NCBI GenBank assembly: GCA_965204735.1
Contig: OZ242008.1
Location: forward strand, 2,592,001-2,656,000
Length of the DNA: 64,000 bases
Direction of reading: 5' to 3'
Source: Longimicrobiales bacterium
GTDB lineage: Bacteria; Gemmatimonadota; Gemmatimonadetes; Longimicrobiales; Gaopeijiaceae
The notes under the pieces were generated by a model. The model was given only the letters and a program-made list of their open reading frames with translations, was not told the origin of the DNA and made no database searches. The stretch's first letter is position 1. Each line of letters begins with the position of its first letter. This document shows positions 19,586-29,202 of this stretch, piece by piece. A program made the translations under genes and the position numbers.

Positions 19586-20692
19586 TCAGCTCCCGAGCCT
19601 GCGCAGGATCTGCTCTCGCCGGCGCACGTGCTCCTCTGGGCCGACCTTGCCGGCACTCGCCGCCTCGTCCAGCTCGGCGACCTCCACGAGGCTCTGCCGC
19701 CGGGCCGCTTCCGCGGGGAGCCCGCGGGGGGAGTGCAGGCGGGATGCGACGAAGGCGCCTGCGACGGCCAGGACCATCGCCAGGGCGGCGGCCAGGACGG
19801 GGATCGGCGAGCTCGGCTCCGAAGCCGCCGCGCCACGGCGCACCACCACGGTGGCCGGCGCCATCTCCCGCCCCGCGAAGCGGCGGTAGGTGGCGCCCTC
19901 CAGCTCGACGGGTTCGGCCGCCGCCAACCCCTGCACCGACAGCTCGCCCGCAGGCTCGCGGATCAGAAGCTCCATGGAAGCCGTGGGGCCTTCCAGGGGG
20001 ATGCGCAGCACGTCGCCGGGAACCCGGTAGCGGAAGAGGTAGACGCTCTCGCCGGGACGCAACGCGGCCGACGTGCTGACCCTGCCGGCGGAGAAGCTGG
20101 CCGCGTCCGGTGAGAGGTCGCTCTCGCCCACGGTGAACTCGACGGCGCCCGGAGGCAGCGGGTAGGACCAAGTGGCGCCCGACGGTCCGGTCACCAGAGT
20201 CGCGTCGCCGGCGTTTCGCACTTCGAAGAGGTCGAGGGCCCGCCAGCCGGGCCCCGCCTCGGCGCGCTCCAGAAAGAGGTTCCTGACCCGCACCGGCGGC
20301 GGCGCGTCTCCGGCTTCGGCGGCCGGATACGCCTGGACGACGTAGGCCGATCCCGGCTCGGGCGGTTCGGTGATGGCCGGGCCGAAGTACACCACGTCGT
20401 CCCAGCGGGCGGAAGCGAAGTACACGTCGCCCCCGCCCAGCGCCGGCGCCTCGGGAACGCGAAGCTCGAACGCCCCGCCGGGGCCGACCGCGGCGCTGTC
20501 CACCTCGCCCGTGAAGAACGCCGAGACCCGGTGGAGGACTACGCTGCCGCCGACGGCTGGCTCGTCGCCGACTTGAAGTCGGCCCTGAAGGACGAAGCCA
20601 CCGGCCGGTTGGTCCGCGCGACTCACTCCAGGCGGCGCCTGCTCGGCGGCTTGGGAGCCTGCGGCGCTCGCGTGCACGCCCGGGACCGCCAC
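19586..20692 (-). CDS. Hypothetical exported protein with C-terminal membrane anchor; true start may be up to 20854
   Basis: Globular-looking sequence with a C-terminal TM segment (IPVLAAALAMVLAVAGAFVA) followed by a short helical tail. The frame stays open upstream through a signal-like segment. Confidence 0.65.
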   Translation of the reverse strand: MAVPGVHASAAGSQAAEQAPPGVSRADQPAGGFVLQGRLQVGDEPAVGGSVVLHRVSAFFTGEVDSAAVGPGGAFELRVPEAPALGGGDVYFASARWDDVVYFGPAITEPPEPGSAYVVQAYPAAEAGDAPPPVRVRNLFLERAEAGPGWRALDLFEVRNAGDATLVTGPSGATWSYPLPPGAVEFTVGESDLSPDAASFSAGRVSTSAALRPGESVYLFRYRVPGDVLRIPLEGPTASMELLIREPAGELSVQGLAAAEPVELEGATYRRFAGREMAPATVVVRRGAAASEPSSPIPVLAAALAMVLAVAGAFVASRLHSPRGLPAEAARRQSLVEVAELDEAASAGKVGPEEHVRRREQILRRLGS

Positions 20693-20850
20693 GAGGAAGG
20701 CGGCCGCAAGGGCGGTTGGGCGGGCCGCAGCGACAAAGGCGGTCGCAGGAGCTGGGCGGGTCGCCCGAGGGGAAGGCGCGGCGGGCGGCGTTCCGGCCGC
20801 CTCCAGCTGCTTGGGCGACCGGCGACGCCCGCTTCGGGGACGGCTCCGGC

Positions 20851-21357
20851 TCAGCGGTCGAAGCGGCCCAAGTCCTCGGGGCGCATCTTGCGCAGGTGTT
20901 CCTCGAGGGCCTCGCCGCTCATTCGGCGATCTTCCTCTTCGGCTTCCTCTCCTTCCCCTTCCGACTCGGCGGGCACGGTCACGAGGAGGGAGTCGTCAGC
21001 GAAGATCTGCGCCTTCGCCCGCAACGCCAGGGCGATCGAGTCGGACGGCCGGGCGTCGATGGAAACCAAGTCGCCGTTCTTGGCGATGATCAGCTCGGCG
21101 AAGTAGGTGCTGTCCTCCACTCGCGTGATCAGCACCCTTTGCAGGGCGCAGTCCAGCCCCGCCATGATCGAGGCGAAGAGGTCGTGGGTGAGGGGCCGGT
21201 GGAGCTCCACGCCGCCCATCTTCATGGCGATGGCGTTCGCCTCGCTCTGGCCGATCCATATCGGCAGCACCCGGTCGCCGTCGGTCTCCTTGAGGACGAC
21301 CACCGGCGTGCTGGACCTTCGGTCGTACTTGACGCTCTGCACCCTGACTTCGGTCAC
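20851..21357 (-). CDS. Bifunctional nuclease family protein (DUF151)
   Basis: VVVLKETDGDRVLPIWIGQSEANAI...RPLTHDL...IDARPSDSIALALR; GGAGGA upstream of GTG 21357. Confidence 0.9.
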   Translation of the reverse strand: MTEVRVQSVKYDRRSSTPVVVLKETDGDRVLPIWIGQSEANAIAMKMGGVELHRPLTHDLFASIMAGLDCALQRVLITRVEDSTYFAELIIAKNGDLVSIDARPSDSIALALRAKAQIFADDSLLVTVPAESEGEGEEAEEEDRRMSGEALEEHLRKMRPEDLGRFDR

Positions 21358-21398
21358 TGGTCCTCCATCCGCCGTGGCTCCTGGTCCCCCGTGGCTCC

Positions 21399-22589
21399 CT
21401 AAAGGTTGAGCGCGCTCTTCAGCTCGTCCACCCGGTCGGTGCGCTCCCAGGAAAAGTACTGGACCCGGCGGCCGGCCACGTCGGCCGTCTCGGGCTCCCG
21501 GCCGAAGTGGCCGAAGACGGCAGTGGGGCGGAAGATCGGATCCGTCAACCCCAGCGCGCAGGCGATGCTCCGGGGACGGAAGTCGAACACAGCCTTCACC
21601 GCGCAGGAGAGTTCCGTGTCGGGGCAGCTTCCGGTGCCGAAGGAGTCCACGTGGACCTGCACCGGCTTCTCCACGCCGATGGCGTAGGCCAGCTGCACCT
21701 CGCAGCGGCGCGCGGCCCCGGCGGCGACCAGGTTCTTGGCGGCCCAGCGGGCGGCGTAGGCGCCGGAGCGGTCGACCTTGGTGGCGTCCTTTCCGGAGAA
21801 GGCGCCGCCGCCGTGGCGTCCCATGCCGCCGTAGGTGTCCACGATGATCTTGCGTCCGGTGAGGCCGGCGTCGGCGTGGGGGCCGCCGACGACGAAGCTG
21901 CCGGCGGGGTTGATGTGGTACTCGACCTTCGGGTGCATGAACCCGGCCGGGATCACCCGATCGACGACCTGCCGCTTGATCGCTTCCTCGATCCGTTCCC
22001 TGGGCACGCCGTTGTCGTGCTGGGCGCTGACCACGATCGTTACGGCCCGCTGGGGCCGCAGCTCGTCGTCGTACTCGAAGGTGACTTGCGCCTTGCCGTC
22101 GGGCCGCAGCCAGGGAAGATCGCCGGACCGACGTGCCTCGGAGAGCCGCTGGACCAGCTTGTGGGCGTAGGTGATCGGCGCCGGCATGCGTTCGGGCGTG
22201 TCGTCGCAGGCGTAGCCGAACATCATGCCCTGGTCGCCGGCGCCGCCCTTGTCCACGCCCTCGCCGATCTCGCGGGACTGGCTGCCCAGGACGGAGAGCA
22301 CCGCGCAGGTGTCGCCGTCCAGCCCGTAGGCCGGGCAGTCGTACCCTGCTCGCAGGATCGTGTGGCGCGCGATCTCCGTCACGTCCACATGGGCGCTGGT
22401 GGTGATCTCGCCCGCCACCAGGGCCATGCCCTTGGCGAGGACGGTTTCGCAGGCGACCCGGCCCTGCGGGTCCTTGGCGAGGATCGCGTCGAGCACGGCG
22501 TCGGATATCTGGTCGGCCAGCTTGTCCGGGTGGCCTTCGGTCACGGACTCGGAGGTGAAGAGGCGCTGGGGCGAAGAGGCAGGCGTCAT
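21399..22589 (-). CDS. metK: S-adenosylmethionine synthetase
   Basis: [19 protein letters not shown] and [16 protein letters not shown] signatures. Confidence 0.98.
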   Translation of the reverse strand: MTPASSPQRLFTSESVTEGHPDKLADQISDAVLDAILAKDPQGRVACETVLAKGMALVAGEITTSAHVDVTEIARHTILRAGYDCPAYGLDGDTCAVLSVLGSQSREIGEGVDKGGAGDQGMMFGYACDDTPERMPAPITYAHKLVQRLSEARRSGDLPWLRPDGKAQVTFEYDDELRPQRAVTIVVSAQHDNGVPRERIEEAIKRQVVDRVIPAGFMHPKVEYHINPAGSFVVGGPHADAGLTGRKIIVDTYGGMGRHGGGAFSGKDATKVDRSGAYAARWAAKNLVAAGAARRCEVQLAYAIGVEKPVQVHVDSFGTGSCPDTELSCAVKAVFDFRPRSIACALGLTDPIFRPTAVFGHFGREPETADVAGRRVQYFSWERTDRVDELKSALNL

Positions 22590-22686
22590 GTGAGGCGGGG
22601 AATGGTTGGCGTGTTGCGCGGCCGGGCCGGCGCGGCCGGGGAGGCACGGAGCGCCGAGCGGTCGTCGGGAGGCGTGCCGGGCGCCG

Positions 22687-24471
22687 TCAAGGGCCCGGGG
22701 CGAAGGGGCGGTACTCCGGCGCCGCCATGAGGACTTGGGTCAGGGCGGACTCGGCGGCGGCGCGGCTGGGAGCGCTTCGGACCTGGAGCGCCGCCTGCTT
22801 GGCGTCGGAGAGGCGGAGACCCTGCACCAACTTCTTGATCTCCGGCAGCGAGGGCCAGGCGACCGAAAGCACCGGAACGCCGAGTCCCAGCAGGAGGACG
22901 GCCCCCAGCGGGCTCGCCGCCATCTCGCCGCAGGCGGCCACTTCGATCTCGGCGGAGCGGGCCGCGTGGACCACGGCCGAGACTTGATGGACCACGGCCG
23001 GGTGGAAGGGATCGAAGAGGCCGGAGAGGCGGGCGCTGTTCCGGTCCACCGCCAGGGTGTACTGGATCAGGTCGTTGGTGCCCAGGGAGAAGAAGTCCAC
23101 GTGAGGCGCCAGCCGGGCGGCGTTCAGGGCCGACGCCGGCGTCTCCACGGCGATCCCCAGCTTGACCGACGAGGCGAACGTCGCGCCCGCCTCCCGCAGG
23201 CGGGCGGCGGCGCTCTCCAACAGCTCCCGCACCGCTTCCACCTCGCCGGAGGTGTTGACCACGGGCAGCATGATGCGCAGGTCGCCGTGAGAGCCGGCCC
23301 GCAGGAGGGCGCGCAGCTGAGTGGCGAAGATCTCGGGTTCGTCCAGGCAGATGCGGACGCCTCGCCGCCCCAGGAAGGGGTTCTTCTCGGCGGGCATCCG
23401 GAGGAAGAGGGGGAACTTGTCGCCGCCCAGGTCGAAGGTTCGTATGACGACGGGGTGGTCCGGGAAGGCCTCGACCGCGGTTCGGTACGCGCGATACTGC
23501 TCGTCTTCGGCGGGGACCGTGCTGCGCCCGACGGCCAGGAACTCGGTGCGGAAGAGGCCGACGCCCTCGGCGCCGTGTTCCCGGGCGGCGGCAGCTTCGC
23601 CCGGAAGGTCCAGGTTGGCCCGGAGGACGATCCGCTTCCCGTCCAGCGTGGCCGACTCCTGGCGGACCAGCGCCGCGATCTCCCTTCCGAGGCCGGCGAG
23701 GGCGGAGCGTCGGCGCTCGAAGCGGCGCTTCTCCGCCGGGCCCGGCGAGGCCACGACTTGGCCCCCGCGGCCGTCCACGACGACCTCGACGCCGTCCCGG
23801 ACCTTGTCGCACACGCCCGCCAGCCCGGCGACGGCCGGAATCCGCAGCGCGCGGGCCAGGATCGCCCAATGGGCCGCCCGGGTCCCCTCTTCAGTGACCA
23901 CGGCCGCCACCCGGGCGGGGTCGAGGCGCGCGGCGAAGCTGGGGGTCAGGTCCGGGGCCACCACCACGACGCCCGCGGCGCCGCCCAGGTCCCACGGGTC
24001 CGGCAGCCTCATGAGGCGGCCCAGCACGCGCAGCTTCAGGTCCTCCAGGTCGTTGAGCCGGTCCAGCACCATGGGGTGGGAAGTACGGGCCCACCGTTCC
24101 TTGAGCTCCAGCATTCGCCAGTCGAAGGCGCGAGCCGCGGTCAGGCGGTTCTCGGCGATGTAGCGGCGGGTGCCGTCGACCACCTGGGGGTCGTCGAGCA
24201 TGAGGATCTGCGGGTCGAAGATGCGCGCTTCGACGGCGCCCAGGCGGGCCTCCGTGTCGGCCTTGGTTTCCAGCAGGCGACGCTTCGCCCACTCCAGGGC
24301 TTCGCGGAAGCGCTCCATCTCCCGGTCGCGTCCAGCGGGGCCGACCACCTCGTGAGGCGCTTGGGGCACTTCCCAGCGCACATGGCGAGCCCGGCCCACG
24401 GCGATTCCCTCGGAGATCGCCAGCCCCTCCAGCACCACGGGGCTAGGCCCGGCGGGGCCGTTCCTACTCAC
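22687..24471 (-). CDS. ptsI: PEP-protein phosphotransferase (PTS enzyme I)
   Basis: [13 protein letters not shown] (phospho-His), [39 protein letters not shown] and CGEMA motifs. Confidence 0.95.
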   Translation of the reverse strand: MSRNGPAGPSPVVLEGLAISEGIAVGRARHVRWEVPQAPHEVVGPAGRDREMERFREALEWAKRRLLETKADTEARLGAVEARIFDPQILMLDDPQVVDGTRRYIAENRLTAARAFDWRMLELKERWARTSHPMVLDRLNDLEDLKLRVLGRLMRLPDPWDLGGAAGVVVVAPDLTPSFAARLDPARVAAVVTEEGTRAAHWAILARALRIPAVAGLAGVCDKVRDGVEVVVDGRGGQVVASPGPAEKRRFERRRSALAGLGREIAALVRQESATLDGKRIVLRANLDLPGEAAAAREHGAEGVGLFRTEFLAVGRSTVPAEDEQYRAYRTAVEAFPDHPVVIRTFDLGGDKFPLFLRMPAEKNPFLGRRGVRICLDEPEIFATQLRALLRAGSHGDLRIMLPVVNTSGEVEAVRELLESAAARLREAGATFASSVKLGIAVETPASALNAARLAPHVDFFSLGTNDLIQYTLAVDRNSARLSGLFDPFHPAVVHQVSAVVHAARSAEIEVAACGEMAASPLGAVLLLGLGVPVLSVAWPSLPEIKKLVQGLRLSDAKQAALQVRSAPSRAAAESALTQVLMAAPEYRPFAPGP

Positions 24472-24730
24472 CGAAGCCGTCCCTCACCAGCCCGGCGAGA
24501 GCCTCCGAGGCGGAAGCGGCGTCCTCTCCGTCGGCGGCGATCTCCAGCACGCTCCCCTGCTCCGCTGCCAGCATGAGCACGCCCATGATGCTCTTGCCGT
24601 TCACGGTCACGTCTCCCTTCGTGACCCGAATCGACGAGCGGAAGCGGCCGGCCAGCTTCACGAACGCGGCCGCGGGGCGCGCGTGCATCCCGAGGAGGTT
24701 GGGAACCCTGGCCTTCAGCGTGCATGTCAC
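24464..24730 (-). CDS. ptsH: Phosphocarrier protein HPr
   Basis: GMHARPAAAFVK (His15) and VNGKSIMGVLML (Ser46). GTG start overlaps the hprK stop. Confidence 0.95.
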   Translation of the reverse strand: MTCTLKARVPNLLGMHARPAAAFVKLAGRFRSSIRVTKGDVTVNGKSIMGVLMLAAEQGSVLEIAADGEDAASASEALAGLVRDGFGE

Positions 24731-25686
24731 TCGTAGTCCTCGATCAGCGAGGCCTGCGGGTTCGTCGCGCCACGCACGCGTTCGTCGAAGCGGAGCGGCA
24801 CGTCCACCCCGGAGTAGGCGAGGAGCTGGTTCATGGCCACCACTTCGCCGATCACGGTCAAGTTCTTGCCCGGGTTGACGGGGATCGTCAGGCGGGGAAG
24901 CTCGACGCCCAGGACCTCTTCCGACTCCCGATCCAGGCCGGTTCGGTCCCACGACCGGGTCTCGTCCCACGGCTGCAGGTCCACGATCACCTCCACCCTC
25001 TTCCGCTGGCGAACCGCCCGGGTTCCGAAGATCGACGCCACGTCCACGATCCCGAGCCCCCGAATCTCCATGTGGAACGCCTGAAGCTCGCTGCCCCTGC
25101 CCAGCAGCACGTCGGCGCCCCGGCGGGAGACGAACACCAGGTCGTCGGCGACCATGCGGTGGCCTCGTTCCAGGAGACCCAGGACGCACTCGGACTTGCC
25201 GATTCCGCTGGGGCCGGTGAAGAGGAGGCCGATCCCGTACACGTCGGCCAGGGAGCCGTGAATCGTCGTCGTGGGAGCGAGGACGTCCTCCAGGTAGGGC
25301 TTGAGGGCGCGGTAGAAGTCGCCGGTGGCCAGCCGGGTGCGGAAGACCGGCACCGACGCGCGCTCGGCGGCGGCGAGGAAGGTCGCGGGCACGTCCTGGC
25401 CCCGGGTCACGAAGGCGGCGGGCACGTGGTGGACGAACACCGCGTCCAGCCGCTCCCGCACTTCCGCGTCGTCCAGCGTGGACAGGTAGCTCATCTCGGT
25501 CTTGCCGTAGACCTGGGCGCGCCCTTCCGGGAAGCGGGCCGTGTACCCCGCCAGCGACAGACCGGGGCTCGACACGTCGGAGTCCTCGATGCGGCCCTCC
25601 AGCGGGACTCCGGGCGTCAGCAGCTCCATCTCCAGCGAAGCTTCCTTGGCTTCGAAGAGTTGCCGGACGGTGACCCGGGGAATCAC
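24727..25686 (-). CDS. hprK: HPr(Ser) kinase/phosphorylase
   Basis: HGSLADVYGIGLLFTGPSGIGKSE, VADD, HMEIRGLGIVDV and IPVNPGKN motifs. Confidence 0.95.
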   Translation of the reverse strand: MIPRVTVRQLFEAKEASLEMELLTPGVPLEGRIEDSDVSSPGLSLAGYTARFPEGRAQVYGKTEMSYLSTLDDAEVRERLDAVFVHHVPAAFVTRGQDVPATFLAAAERASVPVFRTRLATGDFYRALKPYLEDVLAPTTTIHGSLADVYGIGLLFTGPSGIGKSECVLGLLERGHRMVADDLVFVSRRGADVLLGRGSELQAFHMEIRGLGIVDVASIFGTRAVRQRKRVEVIVDLQPWDETRSWDRTGLDRESEEVLGVELPRLTIPVNPGKNLTVIGEVVAMNQLLAYSGVDVPLRFDERVRGATNPQASLIEDYE

Positions 25687-25691
25687 CGGGA

Positions 25692-26027
25692 TCAGCGGGA
25701 GACGTCCGGCCCCGTCAGCGGGCGGAAATCCTTGCGGCGCTTGCGGTCCCGGGCGAGGATCCGCTTGACGTGCTGGTCCAGCTCGTCCAGCGCGCCGCGG
25801 AAGTCCGGCCCCCGGCCCTTGGCCACCACGGGCTCGCGCCGGGGCCTGGAGACGATCGCCTCGGCGCAGCAGGAACGGCCCTCGGGCTGGAAGACGAAGT
25901 GGACGTCCATGACTGCCGGGTCGAAGCGGGGCCACCGCCGGGCAAGGTCCTCGGCCCGATCTCGGTCGGCTTGGGTGATCTCGCAGCCCTGAGCCGTAAT
26001 GCGCGTGGTCGGCGCGCGTGTCGTCAC
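25692..26027 (-). CDS. hpf: Ribosome hibernation factor HPF/RaiA family protein (divergent)
   Basis: RITAQGCEIT...DVHFVF...AEAIV...DFRGALDELDQHVKRILARDRKR fits the HPF fold pattern. It sits directly upstream of hprK and has an AAGGAG RBS. Confidence 0.7.
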   Translation of the reverse strand: MTTRAPTTRITAQGCEITQADRDRAEDLARRWPRFDPAVMDVHFVFQPEGRSCCAEAIVSRPRREPVVAKGRGPDFRGALDELDQHVKRILARDRKRRKDFRPLTGPDVSR

Positions 26028-26129
26028 GGTCGCTTCTCCTTTGTTCGCGGTGGCGGCCCCCGGAATCTAGCTAGCTAGCCGCCTTTGGCCGGCGCTTGGG
26101 AAGCGACGGCTGGGCGTCGGCTCCGTCCA

Positions 26130-27251
26130 CTACCGCCCCTCCGCGTCGCTGCTGCCGGCCACGGCCAGGAACTCGTCGGCAGTGTCGCACTCCACGACCG
26201 CGTCCCCGACCCGCGCCAGCTGCTCGGCGCTCATGGAGCGCACCCGCGCCTCCAGCCGGCGCGCCGTCTGGGCCCCGAACCGCCGCGAAGCCAGACGCAG
26301 CAGCAAGACCGCTCGGCCCTCCGCACGCCCCTGCTCGAGCCCCCGTTCGAGCCCCTGTGCACGTCCTCGTTCGAGCCCCTGTTCACGTCCCCGCTCGAGA
26401 CCCTGCTCCAGGCCCCGCTGCCGGTGGCCCTCCGCCCACTCCGCATAGGTCTGGCCCATCTCTTTCTCCTCCTTCGGTTGGATGATCTGCTCCACGATGT
26501 CCTGACGTGCCTCCTCCGGCACCCCCGCCACACGCAGCCGCTCGTCCGTCCAGTCCGCGAACGCCTGCCGCTCTGCAAGATAGTCCGGGCCGGCCCACTG
26601 CTCCGCCATGCTCTGGTGCACCGCCGGAAAGTTCGTCCACGGGTCCTCCTCCAGCGCCGCGACCCAGCCCAGCACGCTCTCCCTGGGAAGCAACCCTTGC
26701 GCCAGCGCCGACCGCAAGTCAAGCAGCCCGTAGCCGTGAGTGGTCGCCAAGCCGGCGACCGCCCGCGCCACAACCGGCGACGGCTTCTCCCTGGCGGCCA
26801 GCCCGGCCAACGTCGTCTCGGCCGTCCATGGCCGCGTGCCGGTGTAGACGACGAACGAGAGCACGAGGGGCATGGCGCCGTCGGGGTCGCGCTGGCGCTC
26901 GAGCGTGTGCAGCACCGTGTAGGCGGCCTCGGTGTAGCGCAGCGTCCTGAGGACCATGCCCGGATCGACCGAGGACTGGAACTCGAAGAGGAGGACCGCC
27001 GATCGACCGTCCTTGAACCGGACGCGCCAAGCGCAGTCGCAGAGCCGGCGCCGCAGGTCGGGGCCCACGGTCTCGGTGGGGAAGGGGTCGGCGGCCGGCA
27101 GGTCGAACTCGTCGGCCCAGCCCATGGCCGCGAGGTCGCGGACGAGGGCCACGCCGCCGCCCGTCGTGTTGAAGAGGCGCTTGTAGCTCTGGTCGTGGCG
27201 GCGGCGTTCGGGCTTGGGGAGATTGGGCGGTTTGCTGGTGGAGGGGTCCAT
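26130..27251 (-). CDS. Rpn/YhgA-family recombination-promoting nuclease (putative transposase) with C-terminal DUF4351-like domain, copy 1
   Basis: HDQSYKRLF, RRLCDCAWRV, LLFEFQSSVDPGMVLRTLRY and PLVLSFVVYTG motifs; GLEQ/GLER repeats; LLLRLASRRFG...SAEQLARVGDAVV tail. Confidence 0.88.
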   Translation of the reverse strand: MDPSTSKPPNLPKPERRRHDQSYKRLFNTTGGGVALVRDLAAMGWADEFDLPAADPFPTETVGPDLRRRLCDCAWRVRFKDGRSAVLLFEFQSSVDPGMVLRTLRYTEAAYTVLHTLERQRDPDGAMPLVLSFVVYTGTRPWTAETTLAGLAAREKPSPVVARAVAGLATTHGYGLLDLRSALAQGLLPRESVLGWVAALEEDPWTNFPAVHQSMAEQWAGPDYLAERQAFADWTDERLRVAGVPEEARQDIVEQIIQPKEEKEMGQTYAEWAEGHRQRGLEQGLERGREQGLERGRAQGLERGLEQGRAEGRAVLLLRLASRRFGAQTARRLEARVRSMSAEQLARVGDAVVECDTADEFLAVAGSSDAEGR

Positions 27252-27403
27252 GGCGGCGGCTCCAGTGCGTCCGAGACGAGAGGCGCTTCGGAGGCGTCGC
27301 GGACGGAGTTCCCCCGAAGCTGGCCGGGACGGTCTCCGGCCCTGGTCCTCAGTGTCTCACCGAGGATGCGCCATTTCCATGGCTGGATGGGACAGATTTT
27401 TTT
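27252..27403 (-). ncRNA. Candidate structured leader or ncRNA upstream of Rpn copy 1
   Basis: 152/152 identical to 45134-45285; contains consecutive hairpins (see findings). Confidence 0.4.
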
Positions 27404-28607
27404 GTCTCCTCCGGGCTGGTCCGTCGTCGCCTCGGGGCTGGTCTGGAGGCCCCGTGCGTCCCATGAACTGGGCGGCTGAAGCTCCTCCGGCACCTGGACC
27501 GCCGCCGGCCGCTACCGATTCCAAGAGACCCTCGAACGCGTCCGCCGTCCGGTCCCAGGTGAAGGTCTCGGCCATCGCCCGGGCCGCCCGGCCCATGGCG
27601 TCTCTTGCGTCGGGCGGCAGCACGCGGGCCAGAGCCGCGGCCAGGGCGTCCACGTCGCCGTGGGGCACCAGCAGGCCCGTTTCCCCGTGGCGGACCGTCT
27701 CCCGCAGTCCCGGCGAGTCCGACGCAACGGTGGGAGTGCCGCACGCCGACGCTTCGACGCTGGCGATCCCCCAGCCCTCCTTGGGAGAGGCGAGGGCGTG
27801 CACCCACGACCTGGACAGCAGCTCCCGCTTCTCGTCCTCGGGGACGAAGCCCGCGAAGCGGACCCGGTCGCCCATGCCCAGCCCCGCGGCCAGCCGCTCC
27901 AGATCCTTCCGGGCGCGTCCCTTCCCCGCGACGACGACGTTGAGCGGCGTTCCCCTGTCCGTCAGCCGGGCCGCCGCGCGGAGCACCAAGTCCACCCGCT
28001 TGTACTTCTGGAGCCGGCCCAGGAAGACGACCGTGGGCTCGGGGAACCGCTTCGACGCCGGCCAGAGCCGATCGAGGTTCACGCCGTTGCGGACGACCTC
28101 GAAGCGGGACGGCTCCAGCCCCCTCCGGAGCAGGTCGTCCCGGGTGCTTTCGGAGACGGCGACGCAGGGAAGGCCCCGGTAGGCGGTCGGGACGACGCGC
28201 TCGAAGAGCCACGTTGCGCCGGCCAGAACCCAGTTGGCCTCGCGGAAGGCGGTGGCGCCGAAGAGGTGGTGCACCAGAAGGAGGCGAGCCGGCGCCCGGG
28301 TCCAGAGGGGCGCCAGAATGGGAACCTTGTTCAGGTCCTCCACCAGCACGTCGAATGGCTCGTCCGCCAGTCGGCGCTCGTACTCCAAGGGTCCGGCGAT
28401 GTTGAATGTGTAGCGGCGGCCCGCTCGGTGGACTCGAACGCCGTCCACGTCGGCCACCCGTTCGCACCTGGGCCAGCCCGAGCACAGCAGCGTGACCCGA
28501 TGCCCGCGCTGGACCAGGCGGCCGAAGACCTGGTGCAGGTGCTCCTCGGCGCCGCCCGCCGCCGGATTGAGGCGGTCCAGCCAGTTGACGACGAGGATGC
28601 GGAGCAT
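27357..28607 (-). CDS. Glycosyltransferase family 4
   Basis: MLRILVVNWLDRLNPAAGGAEEH, VFLGRLQKYKRVD and KEGWGIASVEASACGTPTVAS (ExxG...E motif). The C-terminus runs into the Rpn leader. Confidence 0.92.
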   Translation of the reverse strand: MLRILVVNWLDRLNPAAGGAEEHLHQVFGRLVQRGHRVTLLCSGWPRCERVADVDGVRVHRAGRRYTFNIAGPLEYERRLADEPFDVLVEDLNKVPILAPLWTRAPARLLLVHHLFGATAFREANWVLAGATWLFERVVPTAYRGLPCVAVSESTRDDLLRRGLEPSRFEVVRNGVNLDRLWPASKRFPEPTVVFLGRLQKYKRVDLVLRAAARLTDRGTPLNVVVAGKGRARKDLERLAAGLGMGDRVRFAGFVPEDEKRELLSRSWVHALASPKEGWGIASVEASACGTPTVASDSPGLRETVRHGETGLLVPHGDVDALAAALARVLPPDARDAMGRAARAMAETFTWDRTADAFEGLLESVAAGGGPGAGGASAAQFMGRTGPPDQPRGDDGPARRRQKNLSHPAMEMAHPR

Positions 28608-28611
28608 GAGG

Positions 28612-29202
28612 TCACGGGCGCGGGGAGCAGAGCTGGCGAGTTGCGAAGGACGCGCCTTCGGTTCCGGCGCTGTCGCCCCCGGCCGCCGACCCCAGCGGAA
28701 GGATCACGAGGAAGAGGATCACGAGGAAGAGGGTCGCCTCGCTGGCGGTCGAGGCGTCGTCGCCCCCGGCCGACTTGTAGACCGCGTCCAGGACTCCGTT
28801 GACGAAGCGGGAAGAGTCGTCGCCGCCGTAGCGCTGGGCCAGCCGGACGGCCTCTTGGATCGCCACCCGGCCCGGCACCCCGCCGATGCAGATGATCTCG
28901 GTCGCCCCAAGCCGAAGGATGCCCCGGTCGATGAAGGAGAGGCGGTCCATCCGCCAGTTCTCCATGGCCGAGGCAACTGCCGCGTCGATCCGCTCCCGGT
29001 TGTCGGCAAAGACGCCCACCAGCCGCTCCAGGTACGGGCGTCGCCGGGGAGAGACCAGGCGATGCTCCAGCGTGGCGGTCAGCGCGTGCTCCATGGTGCA
29101 GTTCCGGCCCTCGGCCTCCCATCGGTAGTGGACTTGGAGGAACCAGGCCCGGGTGCGGCTTCGGTCGCGGCGTTCCTGTTGGGTGAGCGGTTCCAACTTC
29201 AG
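28612..29202 (-). CDS. nusB: Transcription antitermination factor NusB; start CTG 29202 or TTG 29196
   Basis: RSRTRAWFLQVHY, NWRMDRLSFIDRGILRLG and VAIQEAVRLAQRYGGDDSSRFVNGVLD motifs; follows ribH. Confidence 0.92.
   Translation of the reverse strand: MKLEPLTQQERRDRSRTRAWFLQVHYRWEAEGRNCTMEHALTATLEHRLVSPRRRPYLERLVGVFADNRERIDAAVASAMENWRMDRLSFIDRGILRLGATEIICIGGVPGRVAIQEAVRLAQRYGGDDSSRFVNGVLDAVYKSAGGDDASTASEATLFLVILFLVILPLGSAAGGDSAGTEGASFATRQLCSPRP

Larger units (their letters stand above)
26094..27403 (-). mobile_element. Rpn module copy 1 (152-bp leader + CDS + 36-bp trailer), inverted relative to copy 2
   Basis: Direct comparison with 45134-46527: leader identical, CDS nearly identical, trailer 33/36. 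Inserted between housekeeping genes. Mobility is inferred from the duplication. Confidence 0.6.
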
